NCBI GenBank assembly: GCA_021648485.1
Contig: JAKISS010000001.1
Coordinates: 2,650 to 66,649, forward strand
Reading direction: 5' to 3'
Source: Gammaproteobacteria bacterium
GTDB taxonomy: Bacteria > Pseudomonadota > Gammaproteobacteria > SZUA-152
Length of the DNA: 64,000 bases
Shown here in pieces: positions 37,659-44,429 of this stretch (its first letter is position 1; the number at the start of each line of letters is the position of its first letter). A program made the position numbers and the translations under genes. The notes under the pieces were generated by a model. That model was not told where the DNA came from and made no database searches. It worked only from the letters and a program-made list of their open reading frames with translations.

Positions 37659-37688
37659 TTGGTGGAACCGCTGCGCTTGTTCCACCCT
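37659..37688. repeat. 30-bp hairpin-forming repeat, copy 2 (inverted)
   Basis: TTGGTGGAACCGCTGCGCTTGTTCCACCCT, the perfect reverse complement of 37442-37471. Confidence 0.85.
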
Positions 37689-37786
37689 GCCCAGGGTATA
37701 CCTTTAAGGGGAGAGAGTTGGGGTAAGGGGTGAATTGCACAGGGTAATGTGATGCTATTGGTCAGGAATTCAGAGGAGAAGAAATA

Positions 37787-37876
37787 ATGGAATGGTTAAT
37801 ACTTTTGTTGGTGGCTTGCTGTATTACCATGATCTTTTTTATGTGTGGCGGGCATGGGGAATCAGGTGATAAATGA
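37787..37876 (+). CDS. candidate 29-aa small membrane protein (below the ORF-track cut-off)
   Basis: ATG preceded by 'GAGGAG' at an 8-nt spacing. Encodes 'MEWLILLLVACCITMIFFMCGGHGESGDK'. The stop lies 31 nt before the oxidoreductase start. Confidence 0.35.
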   Translation: MEWLILLLVACCITMIFFMCGGHGESGDK

Positions 37877-37907
37877 TAAATATTCGTTCTGACTTCGGAA
37901 AAAAATA

Positions 37908-39056
37908 ATGACGGAAACAAAAATAAATCAGGAAACGCCTGTAGAAATCGCTGGTGCCGGTCCCGCCGGACTGGCAGCAGCAATCACTCTGGCCCATGCC
38001 GGGCGTCAGGTGATCGTACATGAAGCACATAAAAGAGTGGGGCATCGTTTTGGTGGTGACTTTCAGGGGCTGGAAAACTGGACAACTCAGAATGATGTGC
38101 TCAACGAATTTAAAGCACTTGGTTTGACGACAGACTTTACAGCCATGCCAGGTTGTAACGGGACGGCTTTTGATTCCGCCCGAAAATCCTATGAAATCAA
38201 AAGTGATGAACCTCTGTTTTATCTGATTGAGCGTGGCCCCGGTCCCGATACGCTTGATAGTGCCTTGTTAAAGCAGGCGCAATCGCTTGGTGTCGAGGTT
38301 CGTTTTAACAGTCGTCTGCGTCAAATGGCCGGTGAAGGCATTCTCGCCGCCGGGCCGCGTGCTGCTGATGCCATCGCCGTGGGCTATCACTTTGAGACCG
38401 ACATGACAGACGGTTATTGGGTTATCTGTGACGATGACCTGGCTCCTCAGGGTTATGCCTATCTCCTGGTAATGAAGGGCAGAGGCACGGTTAAAAGCTG
38501 CATGTTTTCCAGTTTTAAACAGGAGAAATGTTATGTGCAGCGAACGGTGGAAGCCTTTCAGGAGCTGGTTGGTCTGGAGATGAAAAATCCCCGGCCTCAT
38601 GGTGGCAGTGGTAATTTTCGTATTCCGCGTAGTGCTTATAGCGGCCCGCATCCCCTGGTGGGGGAACAGGCCGGTTTTCAGGATACGTTATGGGGGTTTG
38701 GTATGCGGCTGGCGATTTCATCCGGCGTACTGGCGGCAAGAAGTTTGTTGAATGATGAAAACTACGACATGCTCTGGCAGCATGAGCTGCGGCCGCAAAT
38801 GGAAACGTCAATTGTTAACCGCAGTCTGTTTTCATTGCTGGGAAATCGGGGTTACGGCTGGTTTCTGGGGAATCAGCTTGCCAGGCCGGATTTACGAGCA
38901 TCATTGCGACGGCAGTATCAGCCGTCCCTGATTAAGCGGTTACTTGGCCCGTGGGCCAGGCATCGTTATAGCAGCCGTCGAAAAGATATCACTTGTGATC
39001 ACATTGACTGTTACTGTGTCTGGTGTCGGGAAGAGTGTTGTGTACATGAGCAGTGA
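37908..39056 (+). CDS. FAD-dependent oxidoreductase (geranylgeranyl-reductase-like) with Cys-rich C-terminal tail
   Basis: Dinucleotide-binding 'VEIAGAGPAGLAAAITLAHAGRQVIVHE'. The C-terminal 'CDHIDCYCVWCREECCVHEQ' has 7 Cys in 20 aa. Confidence 0.8.
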   Translation: MTETKINQETPVEIAGAGPAGLAAAITLAHAGRQVIVHEAHKRVGHRFGGDFQGLENWTTQNDVLNEFKALGLTTDFTAMPGCNGTAFDSARKSYEIKSDEPLFYLIERGPGPDTLDSALLKQAQSLGVEVRFNSRLRQMAGEGILAAGPRAADAIAVGYHFETDMTDGYWVICDDDLAPQGYAYLLVMKGRGTVKSCMFSSFKQEKCYVQRTVEAFQELVGLEMKNPRPHGGSGNFRIPRSAYSGPHPLVGEQAGFQDTLWGFGMRLAISSGVLAARSLLNDENYDMLWQHELRPQMETSIVNRSLFSLLGNRGYGWFLGNQLARPDLRASLRRQYQPSLIKRLLGPWARHRYSSRRKDITCDHIDCYCVWCREECCVHEQ

Positions 39057-39085
39057 AACAAAAAAATAGCCACAGGTCATTGATA

Positions 39086-39264
39086 ATCCTAAATTAATCA
39101 GTTAAACCGTAGCGAGAGCGACTAAGGTGCGGAAGATAAAGCGTTTTTCAGGTTATTTTGGACGAAAGCGTATCACCCATACGGTGAGTTCAACATGTTC
39201 TGAAAAATGCTTTAGATTCTGTGCATTAGGCGCTCGCAGTAGATTTAACTGATTAATTTAGGAT
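39086..39264 (+). mobile_element. 179-bp MITE-like palindromic element, copy A
   Basis: Perfect 21-bp terminal inverted repeats ATCCTAAATTAATCAGTTAAA / TTTAACTGATTAATTTAGGAT. The interior is an imperfect long hairpin. The reverse complement of 41195-41373 is identical except for 1 nt. Confidence 0.7.
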
Positions 39265-39265
39265 A

Positions 39266-39682
39266 ATGAAAGTCAGCGAATTATCCAGACTAACCCGGGT
39301 AACACCGGCAGCGATACGTCATTACGTAAGGGTTGGACTGTTGCACCCAAAACGAAATCCCGTCAATGATTATCAACTATTCAGCGATTTTGATGTCAAA
39401 AGAGTTAACTTTATCCGTCAGGCGAAAGGGCTGGGGTTCTCCTTGAGTGATATCCAGGAAATTTTCAAACACGGAAAACAGGGGTAGTCACCTTGTCCCA
39501 CTGTCCGGGATATTATTCACCAGCGTATTGAAGATAACCGGGTGCAACTGGCTGAACTGAATATTTTGACAAAACGGATGAAAAAGGCATTGGAAAAATG
39601 GAAAACCATGCCGGATGGGGAGCCGAATGGTGATGAAATTTGTCACCTTATTGAGACAGTCGCAAAACCACTGTCACTATAA
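39266..39682 (+). pseudogene. MerR-family regulator interrupted by an in-frame TAG (paralog of 24350-24772)
   Basis: 'MKVSELSRLTRVTPAAIRHYVRVGLL...HGKQG*SPCPTVRD...EICHLIE' is collinear with the intact paralog ('...MAGGSPCPQVRE...SVCHLIE'). The TAG at 39485-39487 sits where the paralog has Gly. The same frame continues to the TAA at 39680-39682. Confidence 0.75.
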
Positions 39683-39723
39683 ATAGTGTGTCAGAGGGAA
39701 ATTAAAACAGAAGGAGAAACGAT

Positions 39724-40218
39724 ATGAATCAGAATGAAGATCCGGTCAAAGACCCGGTGTGCGAAATGATGGTGAACCCGCAGGATAATGTGATTGAATA
39801 TCAGAAAATGTCTTTTGCGTTTTGCTCAAAGCAGTGCCAGGAACGTTTCCTGGCTAACCCGCATTTATATATCGGCATACCAGGCATTAAAGCACCTAAA
39901 CAGGAAGGGCGGGAAGTGATCAAGCGGCGCAGGATGCATCTGTCTCATACCTTGTCCCCGGATGAAATTACGCTGGTCAGTGAAGCATTACGGGCAATGA
40001 TGGGCATCAAGGATCTTGCGATTACGCAAGACACTGTCGAGATTACCTATGATCTTCTACAGGCCACATTGAAGCAGATTGAAGACAAACTGATTGAGAT
40101 TGGTATTCAATTGGGTGGCGGCTGGACAGAACGCCTGCAACGTGCGTTTTTACAGGAAAGTGAGGAATTGCAGGTCGAAAGTATGGAAGTAACGACAACC
40201 CCTCACTATCGGGTTTAA
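39724..40218 (+). CDS. YHS-domain protein with ferredoxin-like (HMA-like, no CxxC) C-terminal domain
   Basis: N-terminal 'DPVCEMMV...FAFCSKQCQERFLANPHLY'. SD 'AAGGAG' upstream. Confidence 0.75.
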   Translation: MNQNEDPVKDPVCEMMVNPQDNVIEYQKMSFAFCSKQCQERFLANPHLYIGIPGIKAPKQEGREVIKRRRMHLSHTLSPDEITLVSEALRAMMGIKDLAITQDTVEITYDLLQATLKQIEDKLIEIGIQLGGGWTERLQRAFLQESEELQVESMEVTTTPHYRV

Positions 40219-40244
40219 CTTTTTGTTATCAAGGGTATTGAACA

Positions 40245-40408
40245 TATACCCGCAGCGATTGAAATTCAGGTACTCATTGCACGCTCTCTTCATTCCGTGG
40301 CTGCGTTGAAATTCCTCACAATAGACCGGCTATTACTCGTCATTTCGCCTTGCCATGAAATGAATATGACGCACACTGAACACCTAAATTTCAAACGCTA
40401 CGGGTATA
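40245..40408. repeat. ~164-bp imperfect palindromic intergenic element (third family)
   Basis: Termini TATACCCGCAGCGATTGAAATTCAGGT / ACCTAAATTTCAAACGCTACGGGTATA (3 mismatches). The interior halves are partly complementary. It lies between convergent genes. Confidence 0.5.
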
Positions 40409-40530
40409 GCATTGGAGTATTTGTTTTATGTTGCGGCATTATTTTACGGGCTTGGCGGGCGTATATTTTTACATAACGCTATACCTGTAACATTTGAGGT
40501 CCATTATCCCGGCCCTGCCGACAATATTGC

Positions 40531-41196
40531 TCAATGATTCTTTGGGCGGAAGCCATCCGGGAATATTTTTTTGATGAGCACAATCCCAAGAGAAAACGCG
40601 CCCAATAACAAAAGCGTGATTGCAATAGTGTTGGTTTCGGTGGAGGCCAGTTCGCTGCCGAAATGCGCCAATAGAAAGCTGCTGGGAATAATGCCCGCCA
40701 GTGTCGCCAGGGCAAATCGCCAAAAAGTCAATGCGGTAACGCCAGCCGCATAACTGACCATGTCGAAAGAAATAAATGGCAACAGCCGGGACACAAATAC
40801 AATGCTCATTAACGTCGTCTGTGAACCCAGCAAGTACTTGTCATAACGATCACCTAACCCGTTTTTGAGAGCCTCGGCACCTGACAGACGAGCGATAAAA
40901 AAAGCAATAATTGCACCCAGTCCTGCACCTATTACTACATATACGGTTCCCAGGTAATGACCATAAACTGCACCTGATACCAGTGCGATGGGCGCGCTGG
41001 GGACAGGACTCATCACAATGGCCAGTGTCAGCAGGCCAATGATAACGAGCGGGCCAAAGATGCCCAGTTGTTGTATCCAGGCTTTGAGTGCACTGCCATC
41101 ACCCAGGAAATCAATTATACCTTTATGCGAGAGTACAAAATATCCCGCAATAATCAGCGCAATAATAATGCCGGGTTTTATCAGCCGTGACATCAT
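40531..41196 (-). CDS. TVP38/TMEM64 (DedA-related, SNARE-associated) family membrane protein
   Basis: 221 aa, polytopic, with a family-typical 'SPVPSAPIALVSGAVYG' re-entrant region. The start codon overlaps the last 2 nt of MITE copy B. Confidence 0.75.
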   Translation of the reverse strand: MMSRLIKPGIIIALIIAGYFVLSHKGIIDFLGDGSALKAWIQQLGIFGPLVIIGLLTLAIVMSPVPSAPIALVSGAVYGHYLGTVYVVIGAGLGAIIAFFIARLSGAEALKNGLGDRYDKYLLGSQTTLMSIVFVSRLLPFISFDMVSYAAGVTALTFWRFALATLAGIIPSSFLLAHFGSELASTETNTIAITLLLLGAFSLGIVLIKKIFPDGFRPKNH

Positions 41197-41373
41197 CCTA
41201 AATTAATCAGTTAAATCTACTGCGAGCGCCTAAGGCACAGAATCTAAAGCATTTTTCAGAACATGTTGAACTCACCGTATGGGTGATACGCTTTCGTCCA
41301 AAATAACCTGAAAAACGCTTTATCTTCCGCACCTTAGTCGCTCTCGCTACGGTTTAACTGATTAATTTAGGAT
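41195..41373 (-). mobile_element. 179-bp MITE-like palindromic element, copy B (inverted relative to A)
   Basis: The reverse complement is identical to 39086-39264 apart from one A/C difference. Confidence 0.7.
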
Positions 41374-41393
41374 CATACATTGTCTACGGATGG

Positions 41394-41876
41394 TTATTGT
41401 CGTTGGCGTTGCAAAGCTTCATTGTTGATGTCCGCCTGAATTTTTCGTGTTTCTTCAGGCCAGCGACTTTTTATGTAGGCAATAACCGCCCAGATATCGT
41501 CGTCACTGAGGGTGTCTCTCCAGGCTGGCATGTCACTTTTGTAATCATCTGGGGCATAGGGCGGTATCATTCCCAGTTTGGTGATACCGAACAGAAGCTC
41601 GTCAGCATGATGCCAGGTATGCCCGGTTTCATCATGGGGCGGAGCAGGTAATTTGCCGTCGGGTTTCCGTATTCGCCAGTTTTTCTGCCCTTCAAGATTG
41701 GCTCCGTGACACAATGAGCAAAAGCGTTTGTAGACAAGTTCACCGCGTTTTAGCTGTTCATTCTCGGTGTTTTCTGCCTGTGCAACCATTGGCACAACCA
41801 TTGTCATACATAATAAAGTCACGTACGCAGGGCAGCGCATGATTTTAAAAAACATATTTGAGTTTTCCTTGCGCAA
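41394..41876 (-). CDS. c-type cytochrome (class I, monoheme)
   Basis: Signal peptide and the heme motif 'CSLCHGANLEGQ'. Downstream 'HTWHHADELLFGITK...MPAW' provides the distal Met region. Confidence 0.8.
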   Translation of the reverse strand: MRKENSNMFFKIMRCPAYVTLLCMTMVVPMVAQAENTENEQLKRGELVYKRFCSLCHGANLEGQKNWRIRKPDGKLPAPPHDETGHTWHHADELLFGITKLGMIPPYAPDDYKSDMPAWRDTLSDDDIWAVIAYIKSRWPEETRKIQADINNEALQRQRQ

Positions 41877-41882
41877 TGGAAA

Positions 41883-42284
41883 TTAATAAATACCGTTTTC
41901 ACGCTGTAACCAGCGAATAAAGGGTAAAAGAACATCAACATCTTTTCGTGTTGCACCTGGCACCGGTGGCATGTCGCCAAAGCGCCAGTGATGAGCTTGT
42001 ACACCTTTGAGCACTGCCCGGTAAAATGTCGGATCAGCATGGTGTGACGGCTTGTAAAATCCGTGCATCAACGGCGGACCCTGAGGGGTGCCATTTCCCC
42101 ATTTTCCGTGACAGCTGGAACACAGGTCTCTAAATTTTTCCATGCCGACAACATATTTTTCGGGTACTTTCGGTGGGTTGTCAATGGAATATTTAGTGGC
42201 AGCGATCACGCCCGACAGGGGAGCCAACGATAAAATTGCCAATGTAAGCAAGCTACAAAATAAAAATCGGAATTTCATCATCAT
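41883..42284 (-). CDS. c-type cytochrome (class I), paralog of 33581-33979
   Basis: Signal peptide, 'CSSCHGKWGNG', and the shared 'GPPLMHGFYKPSHHADPTFYRAVLKGVQAHHWRFGDMPP'. Confidence 0.8.
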   Translation of the reverse strand: MMMKFRFLFCSLLTLAILSLAPLSGVIAATKYSIDNPPKVPEKYVVGMEKFRDLCSSCHGKWGNGTPQGPPLMHGFYKPSHHADPTFYRAVLKGVQAHHWRFGDMPPVPGATRKDVDVLLPFIRWLQRENGIY

Positions 42285-42298
42285 TACCTTTTTGTAAT
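42283..42298. promoter_or_regulatory. possible second copper box (ATTAC-N6-GTAAT)
   Basis: ATTACCTTTTTGTAAT has the same half-sites and spacing as the core of 20342-20365 (ATTACAACATTGTAAT). It lies in the divergent region between the cytochrome genes and the Cus-like operon, but it overlaps the first of three consecutive ATGs of the cytochrome gene. Confidence 0.3.
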
Positions 42299-42499
42299 AT
42301 TAAAGAAACGGGGTTGTTTGCGTGTATTATATCGTCAAATTGATTGTGTATGTGATGCATTTGATGAGTCGGATGCAAGTTACACACAGGAAGGAACCTA
42401 CGCTTTGTGATCAGGTCAGACTGCACAATGTCCAGCGGCATTATGTATAGGCAATTGTTGACAAAATCACATACTGGCACCTACACTTTATCCCTAATC

Positions 42500-42868
42500 A
42501 TGGCTATCTTTATACAACATCTTCGTCTACTGCTGATCATTGCCATCGTGCTGTCACCTGTACAGCCTGTGTTTGCTGTGCAAGCTGACGATTCGATGGC
42601 TCTCTTGATGAGCGCAGAGGCAGCTATAGTCAGTGATATTGCCCAAAGCGATACGGTGAAAATGCTGGATGATGCTTGCAACAAGCAGGGGAAATGCAGC
42701 AATTGTCAGGATGTCAATCATTGCAGCAGTTGTCCTGTGTCGCTGGGAATTCCCCAGATTCTGTCGAAACATACCGAACTGAGTACGCATATTCAACTCA
42801 CTGTTTCAGGCGTTTCGCTCTACAGCGCTGATCTCTTGCCGGATTACCGGCCTCCACGTTACTCCTGA
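42500..42868 (+). CDS. small secreted Cys-rich protein with 'LY..LL..RPP' tail (CzcI/DUF2946-like), leader of the Cus-like operon
   Basis: Signal peptide 'MAIFIQHLRLLLIIAIVLSPVQPVFA', the Cys cluster 'CSNCQDVNHCSSC', and the tail 'VSLYSADLLPDYRPPRYS'. The start is uncertain (the track uses a GTG at 42407). Confidence 0.55.
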   Translation: MAIFIQHLRLLLIIAIVLSPVQPVFAVQADDSMALLMSAEAAIVSDIAQSDTVKMLDDACNKQGKCSNCQDVNHCSSCPVSLGIPQILSKHTELSTHIQLTVSGVSLYSADLLPDYRPPRYS

Positions 42869-43061
42869 TTTTTAACCTGCGGGGTTTGCCCGCATGGCTG
42901 CGCTTGCGCGCGCGTGTTATGAATATTTCAGGAGAATCTGATGATTCTGTTCCATTTGGCAGCTTCCGGTCAGAAAATGACTGGCATTACATTATTTTCA
43001 GGATTGCTCACAGCATTTCATTATGCTGTGGGTTTTATCTGCTTCAAGGAAGGAGGGTGGT

Positions 43062-44384
43062 ATGCCGTTTAAGCAATTATTTTCTCTGTTGGCGATTAGT
43101 GGTTTGCTTATTGTCAGCAGTGTCAACGTTGTGCTTGCAGCATCGGAGCCAAAGCAACTGTCTCTGGCGGATGCGGTGGCCATTACCCTGACGGATCACC
43201 CAGGGCTGGCGGCGATGAAAACCCGTGCCGAAGCGCTCGCCGCAGTGCCTTCACAACAAGGTTCGCTGCCTGACCCCCGCTTGTCATTGAACATGCTGAA
43301 TTTACCTATCGATAGTTTTGATTTTAATCAGGAAGGCATGACTCAGTTACAGGTCGGATTCAGTCAGATGTTGCCATTTCCCGGCAAACTTGGGTTACGC
43401 GAGGCCGTTGCCGAGCATGAAAGCACAGCGGCCCGCTGGCAGGTTGAAGAATTACGTTTGAAGCTGGTGCGTGATGTGAAAACGGTGTGGTGGAATCTGT
43501 ATTTCACGGATCGTGCGCTGGAAATCGTGGCTCGAAACAGGGGGCTGTTGCGTCAGTTTGTCGATGTTGCACAAACTAAATACAAGGTGGGCAAGGGGCT
43601 GCAACAGGATGTTCTGCTTGCGCAACTGGAATTGTCCAAATTGCATGATCAAAGCATCAATTTGCAGGGGTTGCGGCGCAATCAGGTTGTTCAACTGAAT
43701 ACCTTGCTGGACCAGCCCACCAATAGCCCATTGCAATTACCCCAACGAATAACGGAAACGCTGGCGGAGATTACTGATGAACAAGGGTTACTCAGTTATG
43801 CCGCAAAAACCCGTCCTGTGCTGGCTGCGGCTCACAGTAAAATTGATGCAGCCCGTGCCCGCCTGGGTCTGGCAAAAAAGAGTTATTCCCCTGATTTTAC
43901 GTTAGGTGCTGCGTATGGTTATCGTGGCGGAGAAAATATCGATGGCAGCAGCCGTGATGATTTTCTCTCTGTGATGTTCAGTATGAATCTGCCTATTTAT
44001 GCCGGAGCCCGGCAAGACAAGGCTGTCGATCAGCGTACTTCTCAGGTATTGCAAAACCGGTATGAACTGGATGATGCCCACAGCAGGGTAGCGGCCGAGG
44101 TATCGCGCGCATTGGCTGACTATCAGCAATCCCGCGAACAGGTCAGCTTGTTTAAACAGGGCATTATTCCCCAGGCCGCGCAGACCGTTGCTTCTATGCT
44201 GGCGGCTTATCAGGTGAGCAAAGTGGATTTTCTGAATCTGGTGCGTGCGCAGATTACCTTATTCAATTACGAGACCCGTTACTGGAAGGCTTTGTCCCGG
44301 GGCAATCAGGCGCTGGCACGATTAGCTGCGGCTGTTGGCAAGCAAAGTTTGTTTGATGGCGATGAAAAAAATAACTGGAATTAG
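43062..44384 (+). CDS. cusC: TolC-family outer-membrane efflux protein (CusC-like)
   Basis: SD 'AAGGAGGG' and a signal peptide. Two OEP repeats with the coiled pattern typical of heavy-metal RND outer-membrane factors. First structural gene of an OMF-MFP-RND operon. Confidence 0.8.
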   Translation: MPFKQLFSLLAISGLLIVSSVNVVLAASEPKQLSLADAVAITLTDHPGLAAMKTRAEALAAVPSQQGSLPDPRLSLNMLNLPIDSFDFNQEGMTQLQVGFSQMLPFPGKLGLREAVAEHESTAARWQVEELRLKLVRDVKTVWWNLYFTDRALEIVARNRGLLRQFVDVAQTKYKVGKGLQQDVLLAQLELSKLHDQSINLQGLRRNQVVQLNTLLDQPTNSPLQLPQRITETLAEITDEQGLLSYAAKTRPVLAAAHSKIDAARARLGLAKKSYSPDFTLGAAYGYRGGENIDGSSRDDFLSVMFSMNLPIYAGARQDKAVDQRTSQVLQNRYELDDAHSRVAAEVSRALADYQQSREQVSLFKQGIIPQAAQTVASMLAAYQVSKVDFLNLVRAQITLFNYETRYWKALSRGNQALARLAAAVGKQSLFDGDEKNNWN

Positions 44385-44429
44385 TATTTTTAATGCTAAT
44401 TGATTAGCACGAAATTTTGAGGTGAATTC

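Noticed and set aside
37147-37740. 197-aa minus-strand ORF, the only long ORF in the 36.8-37.8 kb gap.
   Set aside because: It runs across the ferredoxin remnant (on the opposite strand) and both 30-bp hairpin repeats. It has no RBS, an odd Cys/Phe-rich composition and no recognisable domain. It is most likely a chance ORF in decayed sequence.
39485-39487. In-frame TAG in the merR-like gene read as programmed recoding (pyrrolysine or read-through).
   Set aside because: There are no pyl genes or recoding signals in the window, and the aligned position in the paralog is an ordinary Gly. A nonsense mutation or sequencing error is the simpler explanation.
39070-41390. Target-site duplications flanking the MITE copies, or flanking the pair as a composite.
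   Set aside because: The flanks are ...CATTGATA|A-element|AATG... and ...GTGACATC|B-element|CATACATTG.... No convincing direct repeat of 2 bp or more is shared at individual or outer ends. Mobility therefore remains an inference from structure only.
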